NCBI RefSeq assembly: GCF_006345805.1
Contig: NC_043002.1
Location: 78,492,001-78,556,000 of the forward strand
Reading direction: 5' to 3'
DNA from: Octopus sinensis
Taxonomy: Eukaryota
Length of the DNA: 64,000 nt
Translations under genes and position numbers: made by a program
The notes under the pieces: generated by a model
Told to the model about the DNA's origin: nothing
Seen by the model: only the letters and a program-made list of their open reading frames with translations
The model's database searches: none
Shown here: positions 11,566 through 23,799 of the stretch, piece by piece
Layout: each line of letters begins with the position of its first letter
Numbering within the stretch: the stretch's first letter is position 1

Positions 11566-13084
11566 GTAATTTCTTTGTTGCTTTCCATTTGTTTGTTGAA
11601 ATAGACAAATTTGCTTTAGTGTGCTCTCACTTAAGATCGACGAAATAAAGACTAGTAAAATTCTAGGGATCAATTCATTCGACTTCTTTTATTTAAAAAA
11701 AAAGAGTTTAGTCCTCCGACAAAAAAATACAAGTACATCACCGATTTTCCAGCAACTGATCATCTGGCTCCTCTTTTAATCTGAGTATACACATGAATTT
11801 TCTAAAACCTACAAAACTTGTTCCCTCTGTGGTCACGGGTGCCAGTATGTCACTTGCAATCATCTGAGTATACATTGGGTAACCACATATCTCTTCTGAT
11901 TGGGTAACCATGTATCTCCTCTACAGCAAGACATCTTTTCTATCCATCTGTCACACTCTAACCTCTCATCACCTGGCACAAGCCCCCCTCCCTTTCGATT
12001 TTTGTCTTGTAAGTTACTTGGTGACCTGCCAGTGCTGGTACATGCAGTGGTTGGTGTTTAGAAAGGCATCCAGCTATAAAACCCATGTCGAAACAGGTCT
12101 TGCCAGTGCTGGTGCCATATAAAATGCACTCAGTCCACTCTGTAAAGTGGTTGGTGTTAGGAAGGACATCCAGCTGTAAAAACCTTGCCGAAACAAACAG
12201 TGAAGCATGCTGCAGTCATCTGCTTAAATGATGATGATGCTGGTACCTGTGGCCACTGCAGCACCACTCATTTTGCTTACATTTATCCTTAGTTAAAACT
12301 TTTAAGTGCAGTGCATGTGTCAATAGTGGTTTAAAGTGTAAACACATGACTATAATGTTGCAGGAAGAGGTAGGAGTGCTGAGAGAGCTGAACTGTAATT
12401 AATAAGAACCTCAGGCCTGAGCAAGTTTGTGTCAACCTCAATCCTCATCTTTAATCATCTGTCACATACTTTCCTACCCAACTGCCTTTACTCTTCCCCT
12501 ATTCCTTCTCTCTCTCTCTCCCCAGATGGGGAAACCATATTCACTTCTTCAGCAAGGCACTTGCTTCTGTCCTATCATACTTTCATATCTCTCAATACTA
12601 ACCCCCATTCAGTTGAGGGTGGGGGTCTTCTGTTGTGTGTACTTGCTGACCTATCCAGTGCTGATGCCATGAGAAAAGCACACAGTAAACTTAGTGAAGT
12701 GGTTGGGATTAGGAAGGGCATCCAGCATCTAGCTGTAGACACCATGCCAAAGCAGACATTAGGGCTCAGTGTATCCCTCTGGTTTGTCATTTCCTGTTGA
12801 ACCATCCAACTATGTTAAATAATGATGACATATCTTAAAGAGAAACTAATCATTGGAGGATGAATTGTGTATAGTCTTTAATCATCTGAGGACAGTGTTA
12901 CTATCTGAGGGTGCTCCAATGCAAATGAAAATGATAAATGTAACCCACAGTGACTGGAAAAAGTAAATGCTAAGGTCTTGGAAGGTCTTACAATTTATCC
13001 TGATGTACAAACAATAACAGCTGGATTACTTAAGTATTATTTAACTATTCAGTCAAGCTTTTCTAATATGAAAAATCAATTATA

Positions 13085-13265
13085 AATCAAGAGGCTTAAG
13101 AGTGAACTTGACAACGACTAAAGTTATAGTAAGTAGGAAGACAAGACTCTTGTACCACTAAGAAAATGAACATGCTTAATATGCAGAAAAAGGATTAAGT
13201 GGAAATTCCATACAGTGTACGCAATGTGATTTCAGGGTACACAAGAGATGTAGTGGAATCAATCC
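13085..13265 (+). pseudogene. Degraded RTE ORF2 fragment covering the PHD-like finger
   Basis: Translates with breaks to SRGLRVNL..TKVIVSRK...CLICRK...GNSIQCTQC..RVHKRCSG, homologous to 42870-43050 (minus strand). Confidence 0.65.
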
Positions 13266-13429
13266 TGTCAAATCCCAACATATACCAAGATGGAAGATTG
13301 ACTTTAAGATGACGATGGTGACGACTACTACTTTTTTTTCTATCAAAGATAGTATCATAAAGCAGTTTCATATTTTGGTTATTCTGAAGAAGAATGATTA
13401 TATCATTTACCCAGACATATTCCCCATTT

Positions 13430-14390
13430 TTTTTTTTTTAGGAGGTGAATAGTCAAAGCAAGACACACACCAGGCATTCCATTCATTTCCCAGTTCAAAG
13501 GGGTGAACCCTGTCCTATGCTCAGGACAAGGCATAGAATGCAGCCCCCAATATTAGCAATGGGGCCCGACAGCATATGCTGGTTTATCCCTGCCACATCA
13601 TGCTGGTTCCGTACCCCTTTGAGCCGCATCAAAATTCACTCACCCATCCACAAACACTCTCCAAGCTTTCCTATCATTTATAAACTCTCTTGCCTCTCTC
13701 ACTCCAACACTTCTAACTACCAAAGCTTTCCTCACTCCATCCATCCACACAAGCTGAGGTCTGCCTCTGGTTCTGCTGCCTACCACTTCAGCCTTCATCA
13801 CCCTCCTTACCATCCGCTCCCCATCCATCCTCTCCATGTGGCCAAACCGCTCAACATTCGTCTATCCAATTTGGTTGTTAGTTTTCCTTTCATTCCTGCT
13901 TGTCTTTGCACCTCCTCAATCCTCATCCTGTCCATCTGTATCACACCAAAAATAGCCCTCAGACATCTTGTCTCAAGCACATTTAGTCACCTCTTTTCCG
14001 CCTCTTTCAGCCCCCATGTCTCTGCACCATATAACATTGTCAGCACAATCATGCCCTCATACACACCTATTTTCACTTCCATAGTCAACCTTACTCCCCT
14101 TCCTCACTCTGTATCCCACCTCCTCAACCTCCCCCCCATCCACCGTCACATGTGATCCTAGATACTTAAAAACACTCACCTCTTCTAACATCTCACCATT
14201 TATACTCATAGCTAGCCTACCAGCCATTCCATCTCTTGAACAACTCATCACCTTACCCTTAGCTACATTCACTTTCAGTTTCCTCCTCTCACATACTCTT
14301 CCAAACTCTAGAATGATAGCACCCTCAAATTCCTTAGGATTTTCTAAACTGAAGGATTCTTTAATGGATAATTGATTCAAATGCTTACTG
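13430..14390 (-). mobile_element. 5'-truncated RTE-clade (BovB-like) LINE, C-terminal part of ORF2
   Basis: LKVNVAKGKVM...LEEVSVFKYLGSHVTVDG and RGRPQLVWMDGV...RKAWRVFV motifs (ORFs 14057-14380 and 13640-13837); disrupted by stops and frameshifts. Confidence 0.85.
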
Positions 14391-14517
14391 CAATCTAGAT
14401 TACATTAAAGTCACCCCACAAATCAGATGGCATATTCTTTTTGTGATGTTATTAGATGAGAAAATATCACCACAAAATAATGCTTAATAATTAATGACAT
14501 TCTTTGATGTTTTACAG

Positions 14518-14568
14518 AACACCCGTAGTAAACCAGGCACTCAACGAGATTCTGACACACAAACAGAG
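14518..14568 (+). CDS. NAA35: NAA35 coding exon (NTRSKPGTQRDSDTQTE)
   Basis: ttacag/gttagt; 51 nt; aligns with vertebrate STRSRQGEERDPEVELE. Confidence 0.9.
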
Positions 14569-15555
14569 GTTAGTAACTTAATTTATCTTTCATCTTTTAC
14601 TTGTTTCAATCAGACTGTGCCCATGCTGGGGCACTGTCTTGAAGACTTCTTAGTCAAGTGAATCAACCTCAGTTCTTTTTTTTTTTTTAAGCTTGGTACT
14701 TATTCTATCAGTCTCTTTTGACAAACTGCTAAGTTACTGGGACATAAACACACCAATACTGATTGTTAAGCAGTGGTGGGGGACAAACACAGACACAAAG
14801 ACATACACACATAGATGTGGAGGCACGTGGCTTAGTGGTTAGGGTGTTGGACTCATGATTGTAAGATTGTTGTTTCAATTCTTGGACCGGGTGACACATT
14901 CTGTTCTTGAGCAAAACACTTCATTTCACATTGCTCCAGTCCACTCAGCTGGAAAAAATGAGGAATCCTGCGATGGACCAGCGTCCCATCCAGATATCAA
15001 GTGGCTGTAAAAAGTCTGAAATGACAGAATTGAAATGACAACGGGCATCAACAGGATCAGTGATAAAATAAGTTTCAGACACTGGGGCTGGATCAGATGC
15101 ATCCTCAAACAAAACTGAGAAAGCGATTGTATGGTTGCACCAAAGTAGAATCCTGAGAGGAAAAGAATAGATGGGGCATCCTAAAACCATGTGGTGAAGG
15201 TCCATTGACAAGGAAAGGAGACGAGAAGGGCGAAGAAGCTAGAATGAGACCAGAACCGGCAGAAAACAGAGCTAATTGAAGAGATTGTCTTGCAGTTTTA
15301 TGTGCCTCATGACATTGAGAGAACTAACTATCCAACTCCCTCATCTGACAGGTACATCTCTCATTCTAATTTAACCACAAATGCCATTGAGAATGGTATT
15401 GACAATACAACTTACTTTTCTCCTATGTCTACAGTTCTAAAACTATGTAATAAGCTTTGATTTTTGTCATTAGTTATTTAGTTGAGTGTTGAAGAGTATC
15501 GTCAGTTATATTTTATTTTACACTATATCAGAACTTGTCATTTCTTTTCTTCCAG

Positions 15556-15639
15556 CATTGTTTGTCCGTTGCTGTTTATAATAGACTTAAATTTTACCGG
15601 ATGTTCTTGACTGTATTGATATCATTTAGCAAGGAAAAA
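15556..15639 (+). CDS. NAA35: NAA35 coding exon (HCLSVAVYNRLKFYRMFLTVLISFSKEK)
   Basis: ttccag/gtgagt; 84 nt; AV..R.KF.R..LTVLI.F conserved. Confidence 0.95.
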
Positions 15640-15661
15640 GTGAGTAGATTTTACTGTTTCT

Positions 15662-15768
<107 letters not shown>

Positions 15769-15855
15769 CAAAATTTAGATTCAAATGAATATGGTACTTA
15801 AGTTAGATGCACCAGAATTCTGTATGGTGTTATCCATATAAATCCATGGGGTGAT

Positions 15856-16039
15856 TATAATCAAAATAAGCAACAAGAATAACTCCGGTAATTTGGTACG
15901 ATCGTTTTGCACTACATCATTTTATTAAATGTAAGTATTTTATTAAATCATTAATACTTACAACATTTAATAAAATGATGTAGTGTGAAACGATCGTACC
16001 AAATTACTGGAGTTATTCTTGTTGCTTATTTTGATTATA
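15856..16039. repeat. Near-perfect fold-back inverted repeat (84/87-bp arms, 13-nt loop)
   Basis: Arm 15856-15939 is the reverse complement of 15953-16039, apart from 3 substitutions and one 3-nt indel; lies between (TA)n tracts. Confidence 0.95.
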
Positions 16040-16195
16040 TATATATATATATATATATCTCAATGTGTTTCTTGTTGTAGTTTAATTTTAAAGTTAGTGT
16101 TTAATTCTGCCTATATTTGATTGAATACTGTTGTAGATAGAGTAAATGTGTTTGAAATTCGTGTTTTGTTTTTTGGTATGTTTGTTCCTAAACAG

Positions 16196-16285
16196 CACTT
16201 TTAATGCTGTTGACACTGCCGGATTGAATGGTACTGCTCAGGTGTCGAAACCATAATGATATCTGTGCAGCAGCTGATGATGGAG
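16196..16285 (+). other. Candidate 90-nt cassette (poison) exon
   Basis: Pyrimidine-rich tract then AAACAG acceptor; GAG|GTATGT donor; TAA at codon 3 and TGA at codon 6 in the NAA35 frame. No expression evidence available. Confidence 0.4.
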
Positions 16286-16363
16286 GTATGTTGGATTGTT
16301 CGTACAGCTGTTTGTGTATATGTGGAAAAGTGTTATAACACATCCTTTTGATATATATATATG

Positions 16364-16404
<41 letters not shown>

Positions 16405-16610
16405 ACAAGTGTTAAAACACACACTGTAAAATATTAAGTTAGGTTAAAGTTTGATATATGAATTCCTAATTATTTGGTTTGGTTTTCTTCCATCCATTCA
16501 TTGTTTTTACTCCTTTTCAGATTTATTTAGATCTGTAAACATTTTTGAGTCACTTTCTTGATATTTTTCTTTAATTTCTTAATTGATTTCTTCTCTTAAA
16601 CCCCGTAAAG

Positions 16611-16728
16611 TGTGAAGGTATTTCTCAAGCCCAGCGTTTACTGACGCAGTTGATAGAACTGGTACCACAGATGAAAAAAGAACTGTCGCTTGGTATTCAA
16701 GCAGAGGAAGGTGGAGTTACAAAGACTG
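16611..16728 (+). CDS. NAA35: NAA35 coding exon (CEGISQAQRLLTQLIELVPQMKKELSLGIQAEEGGVTKT)
   Basis: gtaaag/gtatgt; phase 0/1 joins the next exon as D; aligns with ..AQKLMVQAADLL..GIQAQ. Confidence 0.9.
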
Positions 16729-17176
16729 GTATGTACTTTTTTTAGTTGTTAGTCTGAAGAAAGGGATGTTGCCCATAGATTTGTTATAACTTTCCCCCTC
16801 ACCATCCATCGATTAATTGTTGGGCAGGGTTCATTAGTAAGGAAAGATAGATGGGGAAATTGTAGGAGTAGTCTTGAAAGGGTGAAGGTGTTGAGATAGT
16901 GGAGGAGTAGTGATGAGAGAAAGAGGTAGAGGGTGGAGTAACTGTGGGTGTATGTAGGTACTGCTTCCCACCCTCAGCCTCTCATTGTACATTTACATGA
17001 ATTGTTGGAGCAGTATAATATTTATACCCCAAGTTTGAAATCACAACTTCTCCCATTTACCAGTAGTCTAATTGAATCAAACATATTTATGTACCATGCA
17101 GTTTACCTGTAATTGTTTATTGAGTTTGTATATTGTATTTATAAAGTAATTAGTGGAAATGAATTCACTTTTGTAG

Positions 17177-17358
17177 ACTATCCAACTATTATGGGCTTTG
17201 AACCTCTTGTGAATCAGCGACTGCTTCCACCTACATTCCCAAGGTACACGATGATAAAAAGCCGTGAGGAAGCTCTTGATTATATGGAGAACCAGTTACT
17301 TTGTCGTTTGCAGACTGTCACTCTCATTACAGAGATAACATCTTTACATAACATGTTG
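17177..17358 (+). CDS. NAA35: NAA35 coding exon ([23 protein letters not shown]...SLHNML)
   Basis: [19 protein letters not shown] motif; ttgtag/gtaagt. Confidence 0.98.
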
Positions 17359-17569
17359 GTAAGTCAGAATTCCACATTAACTTTAAAAGCTTCAGAATAA
17401 TTTAAAATTTACTTGGCTTCTTCATTTGTTAGTTATTATTTGTTAGTTATTATTACACCTGAAAATTTAGGAGTAAACAAGGTAAAATCTCTTTGTAGTA
17501 ACAAATACCAGACTGAATGTAATCTATCTCCAGAGAAAGAAACAACAAAAATTTGAAAGACCATTTCAA

Positions 17570-17819
17570 CATGTAAAGACAGTTCATATCTGCTAAAAGA
17601 CTTTGAAGTCTTTGGCATAATGGTCAGTTGTCCAATACATGGTCATATGTTCTTTTTTTTGTCCTTCAAAGTTGTTGACCCCCCCCCCCCCTCACTTTTA
17701 TGTTTGCAAAAGATATTTCCTATTAATTCTCGATACAAAAATTTTACAACTGGATACAACTTATTTAAGATGGTGTGCTGGCACGATTATTAAATGCTGG
17801 ACAAAATGCTTAGCAGTGT
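17570..17819 (+). repeat. Probable donor of the 9693-9938 duplicate; runs into an intact family-B SINE (~17765-17985)
   Basis: Direct sequence match; the SINE is complete here and truncated in the other copy. Confidence 0.85.
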
Positions 17820-18082
17820 TTCATCCATCGTTACATTCTGAATTCAAATGTCACCGAAATCGACTTTACCTTTCATCCTTTTGGAGTCAATAAAATAAGC
17901 ACCAGTTGAGTATTGGGGTCAATGTAATTGACTTACCCACTACTCTGAAATTGCTGGCCTTGTGTCAAAATCGTAACCAATATTATTTTCCTTTAAAACC
18001 TTGTCACAAAACTATAGTCAATTCAATCGAACCTGTACTTGTACTTATTTTATTGGTCTTAAAAATAGAAAAGGCTGTGTTG

Positions 18083-18492
18083 GGATCTTTTCGGTTTGAA
18101 CGGCAGTTTTTAACATAATTTCTAGGTAACTAAAAAATTTTAAACTTCGTATACTGGTAGAATGTGTTTATAAAACATCTTTTTCTCTTGGCTTTATTGA
18201 GAAAATTCTATAGTTTGTAAGATATTTGTTATTTTTTTCTTCAATTTCTGCAATTTCAACCAATCACTGACATCCATTGAGATAAACAACATTCTGTGCT
18301 GTATGAATATGTCCCTTGTTTAAGAAACAGATTGGGTTTATTTACATTTCTGAAGAAAAAAAGATACCCCCACCCCTAACCCTAACCCTAAAATAGATTG
18401 AAATACAATAGATCGATACTAGGCTCATAATTATGGGTGACAATTTCATATGATACCGCTAGAAAAAACTGCCGTTCAAACCGAAAAGATCC
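18083..18492. mobile_element. Unclassified MITE, 29-bp TIR GGATCTTTTCGGTTTGAACGGCAGTTTTT, internal (CCCTAA)3
   Basis: Perfect TIRs; 6-bp direct flank GTGTTG; inverted near-identical copy at 25599-26026. Confidence 0.9.
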
Positions 18493-18579
18493 GTGTTGAT
18501 CCTCAGCAGGATATGAACTTGGAATGTAAAAGAAATGTAACTAAAAATTGCATGCACTCCACCATTCTTAATGTTAACC

Positions 18580-18737
18580 CAGGGGCGGACTGTGCCGTCG
18601 GTCAATCGGGCACTGCCCGAGGGCCTAGAGCTCTGAGGGGCACACACTCTACATGTTAACTCTGCTAAAACATTCATTCAAAGGGACCTGATCAACAGTT
18701 ATGCCTGAGGTCCCTTAATACTCTTTGTCCGCTCCTG
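18580..18737. mobile_element. hAT-like MITE
   Basis: Termini CAGGGGCGGAC / GTCCGCTCCTG; decayed 8-bp flanks TGTTAACC / CATTAACT (differences are all transitions). Confidence 0.5.
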
Positions 18738-18916
18738 CATTAACTCTTCAATTCAGCAAAGCAAATGGAGTAATGTCCCTTGCATACAGATTTCACTCAA
18801 ACTGCTACGGCAAAGATTGATCTGGTTATTTTGTAGTCAAAAGTTCAGTTTCCTAATTATTTTACCATTACAGTCACTACTGAATACATTTATGAATATT
18901 TACTTTTCTATTGCAG

Positions 18917-18976
18917 GAAATATTTACTGAATTCAGCAAAACCTGTCCATGTGTCCTTTCTAGATCTTTACTGCAG
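18917..18976 (+). CDS. NAA35: NAA35 coding exon (EIFTEFSKTCPCVLSRSLLQ)
   Basis: PCVLSRSLLQ motif; ttgcag/gtatgt; 60 nt. Confidence 0.97.
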
Positions 18977-20115
18977 GTATGTATGGGTTGTGAATCAACT
19001 TTTATTTTAAATGTTAGTGATATATGTTCATTGTTATCTTCAGATCAGTCATGACCATCTCATTATTTTGCATATCTAGGATTATATTGTCCAATGTAAC
19101 CTTTCTTTTTAAAGAAAATAAAGGGGGATTTGGGGGAAATTTAGTTGCAGCTTCTAGCAGGTCAAGTGACTAAACAGAGGCTTCCTTGTTGGCATGCTGT
19201 TATCCTTGCTTTGTGTTGTTAACTTCACTAACTGCAACCTCTACTGATTACCCAAGGTTTCTCTTTTATAAGTGACACTTACCTGCGTCGCCTTACTGAC
19301 ACGTGAAAAAGCATTCGAGCGAGGTCGTTGCTAGTGCTGCTGGACTGGCTCCTGTGCAGGTGGCACATAAAAAGCACCACTTGAGCGTTGCTGTTGCCAG
19401 TACCGCCTGACTGGCCCTCATGCCAGTGGCCCGTAAAAGCACCCACTACACTCTTGGAGTGGTTGGCGTTAGGAAGGGCATCCAGGTGTAGAAACTCTGC
19501 CAGATCAGATTGGAGTCTGGTGCAGCCATCTGGTTCGCCAGACTTCAGTCAAATCATCCAACCCATGCTAGCATGGAAAGCGGACGTTAAACGATGATGA
19601 CGATGACGACGACTTAATGCAGCTGTTTCTCAACCTAGTCCTTGCTCTCTCTGGCAATTTTTCAACTAACATTCACTAACAACAGTTTTCTTGACCACCT
19701 CCATCATGAGACAAACTTTGTCATAGATGGTAAATCCAGCACATCTCTTTCTTTTCCCTGTGTTCCACAGCTGCTTCACAATTAAAGTATAGTATGTTGC
19801 CTTATCATGATATATATCCTGAAATGAATAAACTTCCCTCCCAAATGTTTTAGACACTTGCTTTACTACTTCCTACTTTGTTCTTTTCATGTGGTTGATT
19901 AAGAAAATATTTTATCTTTTACTTGTTTCAGTCATTAGACTGTGACCATGCTAAGACCCTGCCTCAAACAAATTGACCCCATTAGTACTTATTGTTTCAG
20001 TCTTTCTCACCAAGTCTCTAAGTTACTGGGATGTAAATAAATCAATGGGGACAAACTGACACACACAAATACATACTCACAAACATGCGCACACACACAA
20101 GCGCACGCATGTACC

Positions 20116-20149
<34 letters not shown>

Positions 20150-20929
20150 TTACTGACTGTTTCTGTCTCCCAAATTCACTCACAAGGCATTGATCGACCT
20201 AAGGCTATAGTAGATGGCACTTGCCCAAGGTGCTGTGTGGTGGGATGAAACCTGAAACCTCATAGTTGCAAAGTGAGCTTCACCACACAACTATGCCTGT
20301 GCCTATAATGTTTATTATCATTTTTCAAAACATTTACTTTCTATTCCCACAAGGAATTGGTCAACCTGGGGCTATACTAGAAGATATTTGCCCAAGATGC
20401 TGTTCAGTAGGATTGAACCTAAAATCATACATTTGCAAAGTGAGCTTGTTAACCACACAATTACGCCTGAAATTAATTAAAAAAAAAAATGTTCCCGATG
20501 AAATCTTTTTGCTTTTAGTTTTAATGGTCTAAATAATATCCGCAAAGTATTGTTGTCATTATCACCAATTTATCTGATTTAATTATTTCTCAGTTCTATA
20601 TTTCTGGGATGAGGAATTTATATTGTGTATAATGTTTATATTAGTTGCATTGGTGTCCTCATCTTGATGTCATGAAATACAGAGAGCGGAATGAGAACAG
20701 TGTGCCCCTGGGGATCAAATAAAGGGTTAGGTTTGAAATTCTGATACAACAACTGAGTTCAACACAAGACACCCGAAGAAGGCTGGAGCATACAACAGTT
20801 GAAATGTGGTGAAAGCAACAATCAAGATGAGGACACAAGTCTAACTAATATAAATGATATACATAATTACTTGTTTCTGTTTTGGCCCTCTGTCTGGAGA
20901 TACTTGAATCACCTTACTGATAATGAGAT

Positions 20930-21560
20930 ATTACTCCAATCACCATCAACATTTAATGCCTGTTTTCCATACTGGTATGGGCTGGATGGCTTCACAGGGA
21001 CTGGCAAAGCCAGGGGCCTTGTCTGTTTTGGTTTTGTTTCTACAGTTGGATGCTCTTCCTAATGCTAACCACTTTACAGAATGTACTGGATGCTTTTTAC
21101 ATGGCACCATCACCAGTACTTTTTATGTGGCACCAGCATACACACCAATGCTTTTTTTATGGCACCTTGGTTTCAGGATCCCATTTCTGTGGTAGGTGGG
21201 TCTTCTTAGGTACAGCAATGCACCACATATCTTGATCTGTCTCATTCCTCTGTCATTATCTTTGTAAGGTTCAGCAGTTTGAGATCAACCTTCAGTACTT
21301 CATCCCATGTCTTCCTGGGTCTCCCTCTTCCACAACTTCCCTTCACTTTGTGATCTGCACTTCTTTATGCAACTGTCCTCATCCATCTGCATCACATCAC
21401 TAAACCACTGCAGTCTCCTCTCTGGCACACTGCATATAATTCCTCCTATGCCCAACTTGTCTCTCAATACACCAGTGCTCTGTTGCACATACTGATATTG
21501 CACATCTAGTAAAGCATACCAACTTCATTCCAGTACACTCTAATTTACTATGTCTTGGAA
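20930..21560 (-). mobile_element. 5'-truncated RTE LINE (ORF2 C-terminus plus 3' UTR)
   Basis: VLRDKLGI..I.CSVPERRLQWFSDVMQMDEDSCIKKC (ORF 21300-21503), followed by a family-A tail. Ends approximate. Confidence 0.75.
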
Positions 21561-21601
21561 TCATACAAAAAATGCTTTTTTCTGTCTCTCTCTTGTTTTA
21601 G

Positions 21602-21708
21602 TTGCTGTTCTTGCCATTCAACAAAAAACTGTTTGGTATTTACTCAATTGTTGACACTTTGAAAGAAAGCATAAGGAACTTCATCGCTCCTGTAGCGCTG
21701 TTTCCAAA
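21602..21708 (+). CDS. NAA35: NAA35 coding exon (LLFLPFNKKLFGIYSIVDTLKESIRNFIAPVALFP)
   Basis: ttttag/gtaagt; NKK.FG...D..K...R.F..P conserved; phase 0/2. Confidence 0.95.
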
Positions 21709-23404
21709 GTAAGTCACGTCATTTTTCTCTTGTAGATTTCCATAATATCTGAAATTTAAATTTGAAACCTTAAATTTCAAATATTTACTTTATTTCAAAT
21801 ATTTTTTGGTTTATTATCACTACTAAATTTAAAATGGCCACTTAAAATACACCACACTTGATTTTTTTTTAGTTTGTATTTACTTATTTATTGTCTTTGA
21901 ATTCTATTTCTCATTGTACATAATTTATCAAAATTCTTTCTAATCTTGATGTAAATCCAACAATTTTGAGAGGGTGGAAGTTGATTACATCGATTCCAGT
22001 GCTTGACTGATAATTTAATTTATTGACTCTGAAAAGTTTAAAGGCAAAGTTAATGTTGGTGAGATTTGAACTCAGAACGTAGGGAGCCTGGAGAAATGCT
22101 GCTAAGCATTTTACTTGATGCACTAACGATTCTGCCTGCTTGCTGCCTTTATCATAATTATGTAATTCTTCTGATGAAGACCTTAGTCTTAAGCTGATGC
22201 GTCAGTAGAAATTATTCTTCCGCATTTTACATGTTTTTTAGTTTTAGCCATTGTGGGGTCATGCTGGAGCACTCAGATTTAGTTTTCTTTATTATGACTT
22301 ATTTTGTATCTTGCTGAACATCTTTCTTTCTTATCAAGAGCTATAGAATTTGAGTCATGGGAAGTTAACTAGACAACAGTACCCGTTCTATAGTTAACTT
22401 CCCAGTTGATTCATTATCAAATAACAAACCAGATGGGATTGGTTGTTTGTATCCTATTATCAATGCTGCTCTGTCTATGGCTAAAAGACTTAACTAGCAG
22501 TGACTTCAGATCTCTGAGCTGTAAAAAAATAATACAGTGATAAATGAGTCATTTCCATGCACTTTGTAAATGGAATGAATGCTGATTCATTCACACCATA
22601 CTCATGTCTCATAGCAGAGAAGCTTCTCCCATCATGTATTTTCTTGGTCTTCTCTACATTTTCCTGTAGACAATATGCTCACCTGCATCATTTGATAGGA
22701 TCAGGTGCCTTCATATTTTTTTCTGATCAATGTTCCCACATTGATGGCTATGAGTACAAGATGATCATCATCATTTAATATCCATTTTCTATGCTTGCAT
22801 GGGTTGGATGGTTTGACCAGAGCTGGAGAGCTGCACCAGATTCCAGCCTGATTTGGCGTAGTTTCTACAGCCGGATGCTCTTCCTAATGCCAACCACTCT
22901 AGAGTAGTTGGACACTGGCATGAGTGCTTCTATGTAGTGCCAGCACAAGTGCTTTTTACATGGCACCAGCACAAGACTCTTGCAGGCCAATCCTCTTCAC
23001 CAGAGGATGTGGCCTTAACACTTCTGCTGTGCAGGATAGGTCTTCTAGAGTAAAGCAAGGCATCAGGTATCTCCGTCTTTTGTCATCTATATAAAAAATA
23101 TGCAGCCTCAGACATGTGAACATAAGCAATAATCACCACATTCTGGGTAGTTGAACATTGTGGGTAGTCATTGGGGTGCTTTTTTATGGTGCAAGCGGAA
23201 TCTTTGATTGTCAACCCTTGTTGTCACTGACCAATTCATGATAACTATAATAACATGGTTCACAATTGAGTGTACTGTGTTATCTTGAATCAGTGAAAAA
23301 TAGTTCCCTAATAAATGAGGCTATATGTACTATTCTGTAAACACTAGTTTACATTTGAATAAAATTACGAGCACTTACTTACTGGTTTGTTATTTATTCT
23401 TCAG

Positions 23405-23570
23405 ATCCTCATTGTATAACAATCCTCAGGCAAAGGAGTATGTCGATGCATTTCTCACTAAAGCAGTGCGTCCAGTCTGTACAATATTCCAAATAACTGG
23501 ACACAACAGGGCTCGGCAACGAGAAAAGTGGACTCATATTTTAGAAGAACTTGCTGCACTTCAAGAAGAG
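23405..23570 (+). CDS. NAA35: NAA35 coding exon ([16 protein letters not shown]...[24 protein letters not shown])
   Basis: GHNRARQR motif; cttcag/gttcgt; phase 2/0. Confidence 0.98.
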
Positions 23571-23799
23571 GTTCGTTAGTCTTTAGTTACTTTATTTGTA
23601 GACTGTAGTATCTTTTTACTTTTACAGATTCACATTAACGTTTTTTTTGTGCTTGCATGGTTGAGATATCATTGAAACTATTTTAACTGGACATTCTAAT
23701 TTCTGTGAACCACTCAACCATAACAGTTTTTACCACTCTGACAAATTTGAGGACTGAGAGTTATCTAAGATTATAACTTTTCAAGGCATTAACCTCATC

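Noticed and set aside
13445-14155. 236-aa plus-strand ORF (H/P/S-rich)
   Set aside because: Antisense shadow of the RTE ORF2 fragment on the minus strand.
22171-22215. CTGATGA-AGAC..GTCT...GCGTC hammerhead-like motif
   Set aside because: The essential GAAA is absent; at most a decayed relic.
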